From the NCBI GenBank assembly GCA_903877885.1, contig CAIRFN010000006.1:3342-67341 (forward strand): 64,000 nucleotides of DNA, in the 5' to 3' direction. This DNA is from an uncultured Candidatus Berkelbacteria bacterium (GTDB taxonomy: Bacteria; Patescibacteriota; UBA1384; UBA12157). A program made the translations under genes and the position numbers. Shown here one piece after another: positions 48,881 through 58,656 of this stretch; the first letter of the stretch is position 1; every line of letters begins with the position of its first letter. The notes beneath the pieces were generated by a model that worked only from the letters and a program-made list of their open reading frames with translations, was not told where the DNA came from and ran no database searches.

Positions 48881-49798
48881 ATGAATAATGAATCATTACA
48901 ACCATTTGAAATTCAACGTGAAGCGTTAGCTGAGCGATTGAATCTAAGAGAACAGTGGGAATCACAAGTTAAAATCTTGAATGAGACTGGTATTTTGGAG
49001 ATCCTTCCAGAGGCCCAAGAGTTGGGAATCATTGGTATTGACGGTCGAGAGCATCCAGTACCAGATTTTCAGGAAATTATGTCTCGAATTTCGCCGGAGC
49101 AGATGGAAGTCTTAGAGAAAAAGAATGAGCAAGGATTCAATAAAATGGTCCTAGTTCCTTTTGCTGTACCGCTAGACATATTGATTGATCGATACAAAAA
49201 GCTTCTTATTGAAAAAGATGCGGAAGGATCACTCTCATCAACTGATGGTTCAAAACTTAATCTCGATCGCGACCAACCAATCTATGTTTGGGACAAATAT
49301 ACCGGTGCTGATGCAAGCGGTGAGTTAGTTTATTTCCCGAATACATTTGATCAACAAAATCACGGTGGTAAAACAAAAAATACCCTAATACAAGAAGGTA
49401 AATCTTGGCAATTTGAATTACTTGAAGAAAATATTAATATCCCTGCTAAAGGTCAGGGAGAGATACTTGACGGCCGCAAACAACTAGAAGCCGGACAATC
49501 ACCAAATCAATATTTAAAAGAATTACAAATCGATCCTCAATATCAAAATGAGGTCGGCTTGACACCAGAAGCATGGTTGGTTTTAGCTATAACCCAATTA
49601 AAAGAAAACCATGGCCAAATTGACGATTATCAAGGTCAAGGCAAAATAAATTTTCTTACGGGTGCCTATTTCCCCGGTTCTGACAGTGTCCCGCGCGCGC
49701 GCTGGAGCCGTGACGGTCGTCGGGCGTTCTTGGACAGGAGCGTTCCCTCTGGCTCGCTTTCGAGCATTGGGTGTCGCTCCTCGGTGGAAATTCAGTAA
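48881..49798 (+). CDS. Tandem paralog 2; DGR target gene carrying variable repeat VR1 at its 3' end
   Basis: Same conserved N-terminus. The last ~38 codons (…VPRARWSRDGRRAFLDRSVPSGSLSSIGCRSSVEIQ) are the VR copy of the template repeat. Confidence 0.7.
   Translation: MNNESLQPFEIQREALAERLNLREQWESQVKILNETGILEILPEAQELGIIGIDGREHPVPDFQEIMSRISPEQMEVLEKKNEQGFNKMVLVPFAVPLDILIDRYKKLLIEKDAEGSLSSTDGSKLNLDRDQPIYVWDKYTGADASGELVYFPNTFDQQNHGGKTKNTLIQEGKSWQFELLEENINIPAKGQGEILDGRKQLEAGQSPNQYLKELQIDPQYQNEVGLTPEAWLVLAITQLKENHGQIDDYQGQGKINFLTGAYFPGSDSVPRARWSRDGRRAFLDRSVPSGSLSSIGCRSSVEIQ
49676..49789 (+). repeat. DGR variable repeat VR1
   Basis: ~114 bp matching the template repeat at 54708..54821, except at the template's adenine positions (all 17 differences fall on them). 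Confidence 0.8.
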
Positions 49799-49893
49799 TT
49801 TGATATTTGGCTTTTAAACTTTCTTTTTTCTTTATCTTTGATTCGGTATCCCGCCTTCGGCGGGCCACTGCAAAAATTTTAAAGGAGATAGAT

Positions 49894-50781
49894 ATGGAGA
49901 GTAATATGAGTGAAAATCTTCAACCATTTGAAATACAGCGCGAAGCACTTGCTGAACGGCTAAAACTCAAAGACCAGTGGGCATCACAGGTTAAGATGCT
50001 GAATGAAGCGGGTGTTTTGGAATTGCTTCCAGAGAGTCAGGAGCTAGGAATTATCGGAATTGATGGACAAGAATATGCAATACCTAGTTATGAACAAATT
50101 TTAGGTCGTATTACTCAAGGAAAAGCTGAGATTTTAGAAAATCAAACAGAAAACGGTTATAAGCAATTAATTTTAACTCCTTTCGCAATGCCTTTGAGGC
50201 AACTGTGTAAATTAGTTGAAGGATCATTTAAGAAAGTCTTATCAGAAAACCAAGTTGTTGATGCTTATGGAAGTGATGAAAGAATCAATTCTGATAACTT
50301 TATTGAAGATAATGGAAATATTCTCGATTCCGATATTAACGGAGAAATGGTTTACTACCCAAACTCAGACGATAGCAAAGACGGTTTGACAAAAATAGAT
50401 TGCATTAAAGAAAATGGTGGTTGGGAAATTGATTTTATTGCCAAAGAACCTCAGAAATACATACAAGATATCAACAAGCAAAAAAAGGCCATGGTGCAAG
50501 GTGGATTTAGAGGATTAACTCTTGAAAGCTGGTTGACTCAGTCAATGAATTTTTTCCAGAACGAGAAAAAGTTTTCAGATTATCTCGAACCATGTCTTTT
50601 GGCGGGATCGTCTCTGCGAGAGAAGAGGACTATCCCGGCAGCATGGTTTGCTGATAATCGATCTAATTACAAAGGTAAATATTTAGTAATAAAAACTTTA
50701 GAAGAAAATCGTAATCAAAATAAAGCATTTGGCGGTTTTTCGCAAACTGACGGAAATGCGCGTTTCAGCGTGAATTTATAA
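49894..50781 (+). CDS. Tandem paralog 3
   Basis: Start chosen at ATG 49894 after RBS AAAGGAG; the ORF track starts earlier at 49807. N-terminus MESNMSENLQPFEIQREALAERLKLKDQW... Confidence 0.6.
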   Translation: MESNMSENLQPFEIQREALAERLKLKDQWASQVKMLNEAGVLELLPESQELGIIGIDGQEYAIPSYEQILGRITQGKAEILENQTENGYKQLILTPFAMPLRQLCKLVEGSFKKVLSENQVVDAYGSDERINSDNFIEDNGNILDSDINGEMVYYPNSDDSKDGLTKIDCIKENGGWEIDFIAKEPQKYIQDINKQKKAMVQGGFRGLTLESWLTQSMNFFQNEKKFSDYLEPCLLAGSSLREKRTIPAAWFADNRSNYKGKYLVIKTLEENRNQNKAFGGFSQTDGNARFSVNL

Positions 50782-50790
50782 AGGGAAAAT

Positions 50791-51675
50791 ATGAATGAAT
50801 CCTTACAACCATTTGAAGTCCAAAGAGAAGCTTTAACTGAAAGGCTAAAACTCAAAGAGCAGTGGGAATCGCAAATAAAAATACTTAACGAAGTTGGAAT
50901 TCTTGAAATTCTACCTGAAAGTCAGGAGCTGGGAATCATTGGAATTGATCAAAAAGAATATCCAATCCCCAATTATGAAGATATTCTTAATAAAATTACT
51001 CAAGAACAAGCAGACTTAGTAACCCAAAAAACTGAACAGGGGTTTAATAAGTTAATATTGGTTCCCTTCGCTAAATCCCTTCAAGAAACCATAGAACTCT
51101 ATGCTAGATTATTAGTCCAAAAAAAACACGAAAAGACCCTTGTAGGGGCTGAAAACGAAGAATTTGACCTCGATATCAATAATCCTATCGTTGATATGAC
51201 TAAAAATGATTCTTTGTTTTATATTCCATCAAATGGAAAAAGATTCACGAAATCGGAATTTCTTGTAAGCGAAATGCGTTACCCGGGTTGGCAAGTCGCA
51301 TTAATCGAAGATTCTCCCGTCCCGTTCGAGAAAGATTCAGATAAAAAGGAATATGGCTACAAACAACCAAATGGCGATTTAGTAAGAGATTGGAGTCATC
51401 AGCTAAAGCTAATGAAAGAGAACGAATCTTATATCGGCGAAGAGGAAATATCTCCAGAGGCATGGCTTGCATATGCCATCACTAACTTAAAGGAAAAAAA
51501 CCAGCAGATTGATTTTCAAAATGAATCAATTGACAGGTGTTGGCTTGGTGCTTTTAGTAAAAAAGGAGAAACTGTTTACTCTTTATTTAAAAACAATCAA
51601 ATTAACTTTCATATCTATTCTCCCTTTGAGAGGGAGAAATCAAAAGCTATTTTTAGGTCGGTCGTACAGATTTAA
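50791..51675 (+). CDS. Tandem paralog 4
   Basis: MNESLQPFEVQREALTERLKLKEQWESQIKILNEVGILEILPESQELGIIGID... Confidence 0.6.
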   Translation: MNESLQPFEVQREALTERLKLKEQWESQIKILNEVGILEILPESQELGIIGIDQKEYPIPNYEDILNKITQEQADLVTQKTEQGFNKLILVPFAKSLQETIELYARLLVQKKHEKTLVGAENEEFDLDINNPIVDMTKNDSLFYIPSNGKRFTKSEFLVSEMRYPGWQVALIEDSPVPFEKDSDKKEYGYKQPNGDLVRDWSHQLKLMKENESYIGEEEISPEAWLAYAITNLKEKNQQIDFQNESIDRCWLGAFSKKGETVYSLFKNNQINFHIYSPFEREKSKAIFRSVVQI

Positions 51676-51704
51676 ACTATTTAAATTTAGATTGAAAAGG
51701 TAAT

Positions 51705-52592
51705 ATGAATGAATCATTACAACCATTTGAAATCCAAAGAGAATCCTTAGCTGAAAGACTAAAACTAAAAGACCAATGGGAATCTCAAATTCGTGTACTA
51801 AATGAGGCTGGTATTTTAGAAATTCTTCCTGAAAGCCAAGAATTGGGAGTTATTGGCGTTGATGGTCAGCAATATCCGATACCAGAATACTCTGATGTGC
51901 TTAACCAACTAACACCAGAAAATTTGGAATTATTAGAGGCAAAACAGGAAGAAGATTATAACAAACTAATTATTACGCCGTTTGCGATGCCTTTAAAACA
52001 ACTAATTGATAGATATTCTTCTCTTCTAAAGAGAAAAGACAAAACAGGAGAACTTAAAGATTCACAAGGAAATAGTATAAATATATCTGACGGTGATGAA
52101 CCTATTAAGTTACCTGTTAAACTTATCGAAGATGGTTACGATGACACACTCTTGTATTTTGGAAAATTGGGCGAAGAACAAGAGACTGGTAAAACAAAAA
52201 AGAAATCGATAGAGCAAGGAAAAATTTGGCACTTTTGTCTGGTTCAGGATACAAACTCTCTTGAAAACAAGAGGATTGAGACGAAAATCGATTCTTATCT
52301 TCAAGAAGGCGGTTTATCTGGATATACGCTTGAAGATTGGTTGATGCATGCAATTACGAATTTGCAAGAAAGTGGAAAACAAATAGATTGCACTGATTCC
52401 AAAGAAATAATCCCAAATTGGTTAATGGGATCGTACCTTCCAAAAGATGATTGTTATTTCAGAGCAGCCTATGATATTCACGATCCCTCTTCTACTGGCG
52501 CTGTCATCGGCGGCGCAAAAGGAGAAATTTTGAAAAGTCGAAAGAATTTTATTAATTTTAGAAACTTGATTGAGCTAGGAAGCAATTTATGA
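51705..52592 (+). CDS. Tandem paralog 5
   Basis: MNESLQPFEIQRESLAERLKLKDQWESQIRVLNEAGILEILPESQELGVIGVDG... Confidence 0.6.
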   Translation: MNESLQPFEIQRESLAERLKLKDQWESQIRVLNEAGILEILPESQELGVIGVDGQQYPIPEYSDVLNQLTPENLELLEAKQEEDYNKLIITPFAMPLKQLIDRYSSLLKRKDKTGELKDSQGNSINISDGDEPIKLPVKLIEDGYDDTLLYFGKLGEEQETGKTKKKSIEQGKIWHFCLVQDTNSLENKRIETKIDSYLQEGGLSGYTLEDWLMHAITNLQESGKQIDCTDSKEIIPNWLMGSYLPKDDCYFRAAYDIHDPSSTGAVIGGAKGEILKSRKNFINFRNLIELGSNL

Positions 52593-53506
52593 ATGAATCC
52601 TTGCAACCTTTTGAAACCCAGTGTGAGGCACTTGCCGAACGATTAAAACTCAAGGAACAGTGGGAATCACAGGTTCAGTTTCTCAATGAAGTAGGTATTT
52701 TAGAATTATTACCTGAATCGCAAGAATTGGGCATTGTTGGAATTGATGGTCGGGAATACCCAGTTCCTGAATATTCGGAGATAATGCAAAAAATCACCCC
52801 GGAAAAGGCGGAGATTTTGGAAAGAAAATCCGAACAAGGATTTAATAAAATGCTCTTAGTGCCTTTCGCGATACCTTTAGAAAGGTTGATAGATCGTTAT
52901 GAACGAGAATTAGTTAAACAATCTGAAAATGGCGGTGTAATCAATTCTAATGGTGAAAAGATAGAAATTAATCCGAAAAATCCAATAACTTTTATGGATA
53001 ATGAATTTAAAAGCTCAGATCTAACTAAAAAGTTAGCCTACTACCCAACTCATCCCGATTATGGTGGCGAAACGAAATCAGAAATAATTTCAAAAGATAG
53101 CCCCTGGAAATTTCATTTTGTTGAAGATTTAGACCATATTCCTCAGCAAGAGGAAGGTCAAACTATTGGCGGCAGAAAACAGCTTGAAACAGGTATGAGT
53201 CCAAGACAATATTTACTTCAGGTACAACGAAATGCTATGTATTCGAACGAACAAGGTATGACACCAGAAGACTGGCTTTGTAATGCAATTTTAAATTTAA
53301 GAAATAACGGAAAGCAAATTGATAGCGCTGGAAGAAACGGTCAAACTTGTTATTTAATCGGTTCTGGTTATCAATATGGCCCGTCAGGTGAAGAAATAGC
53401 TAGTGCTGGATGGGGTCGCATAAAAAGTGATTCTGCTTTTTTGGGTGCCGACTTCAATAGTGAATCACAACAAAATTTTGGCGTTAGAACTGTAGTAGAA
53501 ATCTAA
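52589..53506 (+). CDS. Tandem paralog 6
   Basis: MNESLQPFETQCEALAERLKLKEQWESQVQFLNEVGILELLPESQELGIVGIDG...; C-terminus ...NFGVRTVVEI. Confidence 0.6.
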   Translation: MNESLQPFETQCEALAERLKLKEQWESQVQFLNEVGILELLPESQELGIVGIDGREYPVPEYSEIMQKITPEKAEILERKSEQGFNKMLLVPFAIPLERLIDRYERELVKQSENGGVINSNGEKIEINPKNPITFMDNEFKSSDLTKKLAYYPTHPDYGGETKSEIISKDSPWKFHFVEDLDHIPQQEEGQTIGGRKQLETGMSPRQYLLQVQRNAMYSNEQGMTPEDWLCNAILNLRNNGKQIDSAGRNGQTCYLIGSGYQYGPSGEEIASAGWGRIKSDSAFLGADFNSESQQNFGVRTVVEI

Positions 53507-53515
53507 AGGAATATT

Positions 53516-54421
53516 ATGACAGAAAACTTACAACCATTCGAAATTCAACGCGAAGCATTTGCCGAGCGGTTAAATCTGAAAGAACAATGGGAATCACAGG
53601 TCAAAATACTTAATGAAGTAGGTATTCTTGAGATACTGCCCGAAAGTCAGGAATTAGGGATCATTGGTATTGACGGTCAAGAGTATCCAGTACCAGATTT
53701 CCAGGAAATTATGTCTCGAATTACCCCAGAACAGATGGAAGTTTTAGAAAAGAAAAATGAGCAAGGTTTTAACAAAATGCTTATTACTCCCTTTGGCATG
53801 CCTCTGGACATCCTAATTAGTAGGTATAAAGAACTCTTACTTAAAAAAGATTCTGAAAGCACGTTACTGGCTACCGATGGCTCGAAACTTGATCTTGATA
53901 GAAATGAACCAACATGGGTTTGGGAAGGATACAACGGTGCTGACGCAAACGGAGGGCTAGTTTATTTTCCAGAAAGCTTCACCCAAAATCATGAGGGGCA
54001 AACTAAACAAGAGATATTGGCTAACTCAGGTGCTTTCAAAATCGAGTTTATTGAAGATACGCCAGACATGCCTCGAAACGAACAAACTCAAGGCGGCCGC
54101 ATTAAACCTACTCCAGGTAAAAAAGCGTCTCAGTATCTTGAAATCATGCAAAACGATGAAAATATGACCAACGAGCATGGTCTCACCCCTGAAACATGGC
54201 TGACTTATGCTATTACTAACTTAAAAGAAAGAAACCAACAAATAGATGACTGGCAAGGTCAAGGTAAGGGTTCCTGGCTTACCGGTGCTTATTTCCCGGC
54301 TTCTGGCTTTGTCCCGTGCGCGGACTGGGACCGTGACGCTCGTCTGGCGTACTTGGACGGGAGCGGTCCCTCTGTCTCGTTTTCGGGCTTTGGGTGTCGC
54401 TCCTCGGTGGAAATAAAATAG
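53516..54421 (+). CDS. Tandem paralog 7; DGR target gene carrying variable repeat VR2 at its 3' end
   Basis: Conserved N-terminus; C-terminal …VPCADWDRDARLAYLDGSGPSVSFSGFGCRSSVEIK is the VR copy. Confidence 0.7.
   Translation: MTENLQPFEIQREAFAERLNLKEQWESQVKILNEVGILEILPESQELGIIGIDGQEYPVPDFQEIMSRITPEQMEVLEKKNEQGFNKMLITPFGMPLDILISRYKELLLKKDSESTLLATDGSKLDLDRNEPTWVWEGYNGADANGGLVYFPESFTQNHEGQTKQEILANSGAFKIEFIEDTPDMPRNEQTQGGRIKPTPGKKASQYLEIMQNDENMTNEHGLTPETWLTYAITNLKERNQQIDDWQGQGKGSWLTGAYFPASGFVPCADWDRDARLAYLDGSGPSVSFSGFGCRSSVEIK
54311..54412 (+). repeat. DGR variable repeat VR2
   Basis: Matches the template repeat except at its adenine positions; shares the identical 3' end GGGTGTCGCTCCTCGGTGGAA. 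Confidence 0.8.
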
Positions 54422-54707
54422 TTTTGAAATTTGTTCTTTAATTTTTCTTTATATTTTTAACTTTAGGTGCTGGCGTTAGCCAGCTAGACGCAATTGGGCT
54501 AATGAACCCGCCTTGGGCGGGGCGCCCAAAATTTGTTTTAGAAAATAAGTGAAACTTCGCTAACCGCGAACACTTTCGAAAAACAGCAAACAAATGAATT
54601 TCCACGTGAGCCCCGTTCATTCCGATTTGAGAGGAATGAAATATGAAAGCTAATTCTAAATTGGATGGCTGCGGCTGTCTGATGAATAATGCGGCGGGGT
54701 CACAAAT

Positions 54708-54821
54708 GGTTCTGACAATGTCCCGAACGCGAACTGGAACCGTGACGATCGTCAGGCGAACTTGAACAGGAACGATCCCTCTAACTCGAATTCGAACATT
54801 GGGTGTCGCTCCTCGGTGGAA
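54708..54821 (+). repeat. DGR template repeat (TR), non-coding, rich in AAC codons
   Basis: GGTTCTGACAATGTCCCGAACGCGAACTGGAACCGTGACGATCGTCAGGCGAACTTGAACAGGAACGATCCCTCTAACTCGAATTCGAACATTGGGTGTCGCTCCTCGGTGGAA. Every mismatch to VR1 and VR2 lies at an A of this copy. Confidence 0.85.
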
Positions 54822-54842
54822 GTTCTTTTTGTTTTAAGAAAG

Positions 54843-55884
54843 GGCTTAATATCAAAAACGTGCACCTAGTTTTGCAAAATATAGTTAATTATTTTGTCTT
54901 TTAGTTCTTTGGTAAAGCCTCTGTGAATGTTTACTTTTTGTTTTAGCCAACTAAAACTGCCCTCTAAAGAATTGGTGGTTTTGGGGATATTAAGTTCAGG
55001 ATATTTTAGATACGTAAAAAGATATGGCAAATTAGTTTTAAGGCTTCTAAAAGCCGCTCGCGTTCTCTTGTGAGTATAATGCCATCGGTTTGTAATTTGG
55101 TCGGTTGTTCTCTCCTTTAGAAACTCTTGCCACTTTTGGTGCCATAGGAGTAGTTTTTGGGTAAATTCTTTCTCGGTGGCATAGGTCAAAGTATCGCTAA
55201 TAGCTTTGAGTTCTAAGCTTGCTTCTAACTTTGGGTTTAAGGTTAAATAACGCTGGATAATTTGTTTTTGATGAAAATGACACATCTGGACTGGGACATC
55301 TAAAAATAGATTTCTCACTCCGGGTCTGCCATCCAAAACAATAGCTTTAAACTTAAAGCCTTGATTTTCTAGGGTAATTCTTCCCATTAGGTACTCGTTG
55401 ATTGTCTCGAATATAACAGGTTTGAAATAGAGATTACGTTTGAGCTCGACCGCTCTAAAAACCAGAAAACCGTATGCTCTGCCAAAGAAAGTAGCATCGA
55501 CAACAAAAACTAGACCATCAGGTGTGGTCTTCTTTTTAATGGTTTTCGCTTTCTCGATTTTAGTTCTAACCCAGTTGATGCTTTTGCCGTACTCGCAAGA
55601 GAGATTCTTGAGAGTCTGGCGCTTTCCGACATATTTTCCCAGGATAATTTGTTCTAATTTTTGAGGTCTGGATTTCGTTTGAAAATAACTTTGGCAATCT
55701 TTGCAAAAATATCTTTGCTTTTTTGCCGAGCGAGTACTTTTACCCTTTTTTACGCAACGATTTGAACTGCATTTAGGACAGTTTTTTTAACCATGTTTAC
55801 ATCCTCCTGTAAATTAACTTTAAATTACTGGTTCAAATATATCACATTCAGGTTAAGTTAGGTGCACGTTTTTGATATTAAGCC
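54843..55884 (-). mobile_element. IS1-family-like insertion sequence (1042 bp) with 26-bp terminal inverted repeats and 8-bp target-site duplication TAAGAAAG
   Basis: IRL GGCTTAATATCAAAAACGTGCACCTA (54843..54868) is the exact reverse complement of IRR (55859..55884). The direct repeat TAAGAAAG sits at 54835..54842 and 55885..55892. Confidence 0.8.
54866..55794 (-). CDS. IS1-like transposase (InsA-type zinc finger fused to DDE domain); reading frame requires a -1 shift in an A7 run at codon 4
   Basis: After RBS AGGAGG and ATG at 55794, the 0-frame stops after 14 codons. The -1 frame gives ...CPKCSSNRCVKKGKSTRSAKKQRYFCKDCQSYF... (the IS1 InsA C-x2-C…QRY-x-C-x2-C finger). It continues to ...TNSLEGSFSWLKQK... 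and a stop at 54866. Confidence 0.6.
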
Positions 55885-56202
55885 TAAGAAAGAGATCGAA
55901 TCCATCCGCCAAGCATGCGGCCGATTTCTCTTAAATCAGATTGCGCTTGGAAAATTTTGGTTTCATTCCCTAAATGCAGTTCCAAGCAGGCTCTTAGTTT
56001 CAGAGTAATTATTTCTAATCGGCCGGAAGCTTTAAGGAGATAAGAAGATTTTAGGGTTTTCGGCGCATTTTTAGCCATAATTAGCTCTTCAAGCAGATCC
56101 AAAATCGAATTTTCAAGACTCATGCCCAAAGAATAGCGCCATCTTTTTTCGAGCTTGGCGTTAAATTCAAGAATGAATTTATATAAATCGTAGGATTGAT
56201 TA

Positions 56203-56222
<20 letters not shown>
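55884..56222 (-). CDS. avd: DGR accessory variability determinant (Avd-like four-helix-bundle protein)
   Basis: 112 aa; ...RWRYSLGMSL... and C-terminal ...EIGRMLGGWIRSLS resemble Bordetella bAvd (…EVGRILGSWIARV…). Adjacent to the RT gene. Confidence 0.7.
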
Positions 56223-57214
<992 letters not shown>

Positions 57215-57246
57215 TTAAAACTTGCTCGCTTATAGTTTTTATAATA

Positions 57247-57972
57247 TCACCGCCTATTGTGTGCGGTTTCGATGAAGCGTTTGATTAGCAACTTAATACC
57301 AAGTTTTATAACCTGATAACCGTTCAATAAGCACCATAATAACGCCGGAAATATGACTCCCGTTAAAAACGTCTTGATTGTCTGGAAAAAGTTGTATTTC
57401 GAGTTTGCGACTAAACTCCGGTATAATCTCTCGTACTGGAATTTGTAGCCTTCGACCATTTTTTTGTTTAAATCAAGATAGGTCATAACCTGCATGGCCG
57501 CGTTTTCGTCTACGATTCGACGCATCATTTCCCGACTTTCCCTTTGGGACAAAATATTCAGACTTCCTTCCCAAAGTATTTCTCGATCAATAACGGCCAC
57601 CTTTTCATGAATCAATCCGGGTAGTTGGAAAACACAGACTCCCAACTCTTCGTAATCTTTTATAGCACAGGAAATCTCTGTTCGCATTAGATAGTCGTGC
57701 TCCTCAAGAGGACGAGTGAAGATAAAAACACAAATATTTCTTCTTCGAAGCTCAGTTAATGATTTTCTGAAAAACTCCGATCGGAACTTGCTTACAAATG
57801 GACTGTAAATGATAATTTCTTTTTTGGCCTTGAGCATATCTTGGACGAAAACCCGATAAAATGTCCTTTCATTATAAAGATCGAGTTTTTGTAATTCATG
57901 TAATTTTTTGGCGTCGATTTCGTTCTGGATGTTCATCAAATGTTGTCTATGCGCCGGCGAATTAATTGGCAT
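57247..57972 (-). CDS. Phospholipase D-family (single HKD motif) nuclease-like protein with hydrophobic C-terminus
   Basis: ...LIHEKVAVIDREILWEGSLNI... = HxK(x)4D(x)6GSxN motif; 241 aa. Confidence 0.6.
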   Translation of the reverse strand: MPINSPAHRQHLMNIQNEIDAKKLHELQKLDLYNERTFYRVFVQDMLKAKKEIIIYSPFVSKFRSEFFRKSLTELRRRNICVFIFTRPLEEHDYLMRTEISCAIKDYEELGVCVFQLPGLIHEKVAVIDREILWEGSLNILSQRESREMMRRIVDENAAMQVMTYLDLNKKMVEGYKFQYERLYRSLVANSKYNFFQTIKTFLTGVIFPALLWCLLNGYQVIKLGIKLLIKRFIETAHNRR

Positions 57973-58047
57973 GGTTTTCTCCTTTTTGTTAAAACTATCG
58001 TTCGAAGTCTTTTAATATTTTGGTTTTTATGATACTATGACCTCATA

Positions 58048-58254
58048 ATGGATAATGAAAAAGCAAGAATTAATCTGGTTGGCAAACTTCGTAAAGAAAG
58101 AGAAAAGGCAAGACTGACTCAGGCAGAAGTTGCCACGGCTTCTGGTATTGGCATAAATTATTATGCTCAGATTGAGCGTGGCGAAGTAAATTTCTCGGTT
58201 GAAAAGTTGCTAAGCATAATGAAGAAGCTGAAAATAAAGTCGATAGATATCTAA
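58048..58254 (+). CDS. XRE-family helix-turn-helix transcriptional regulator
   Basis: 68 aa; ...LTQAEVATASGIGINYYAQIERGEVNFSVEKLLSIMKKL is a Cro/CI-type HTH. Confidence 0.7.
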   Translation: MDNEKARINLVGKLRKEREKARLTQAEVATASGIGINYYAQIERGEVNFSVEKLLSIMKKLKIKSIDI

Positions 58255-58397
58255 TCTGGTTAATCTTTTTCCTTGTATGTGCTCACTAAAAAACTGAGCC
58301 ACCTTAAAAGGTGTTCAAATGAAAGTGCATCAAGGGCACCAAACAAAAAACAGACCAGAGTTTTTAATCTAAAAATTCCAGTCTGTTTTTTAGTTTC

Positions 58398-58540
58398 TTA
58401 ACCATATGTTACCACCTCCAAGGTGGCAACGTGGTAAATTTTAACCATATAGCCCACTTCCGAAGTGGGCTGTGAAGTGGGCTGTGACAGGTTAATAACC
58501 ATAGATTCCACCTCTAAGGTGGACAGTGATAAGGTTATGA
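58398..58540. repeat. Cluster of three REP-like palindromes, each preceded by TAACCATA
   Basis: TTACCACC-TCCAA-GGTGG..., AGCCCACT-TCCGA-AGTGGGCT (plus a partial duplication AAGTGGGCTGTG) and TTCCACC-TCTAA-GGTGGA. Compensatory changes in the stems (CCCACC/GGTGGG vs CCCACT/AGTGGG) maintain the hairpins. Confidence 0.7.
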
Positions 58541-58656
58541 TTATTGTTCGAGCCCGCAGGCGAGAACTAATATAAATTTGTCATTGCGTAACGATTTTTC
58601 CCAAACAAAAAACCGCATTTATCCAACTTGATATTTGCGGTTTCTTAAGATTGCTA

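Noticed and set aside
55440-55664. Plus-strand 74-aa ORF inside the IS element
   Set aside because: It is antisense to the IS1-like transposase reading frame and has no independent support.
58398-58540. Possible CRISPR array at the palindrome cluster
   Set aside because: The repeats are imperfect palindromes of variable sequence and irregular spacing, with no unique spacers or cas genes. They fit the REP family instead.
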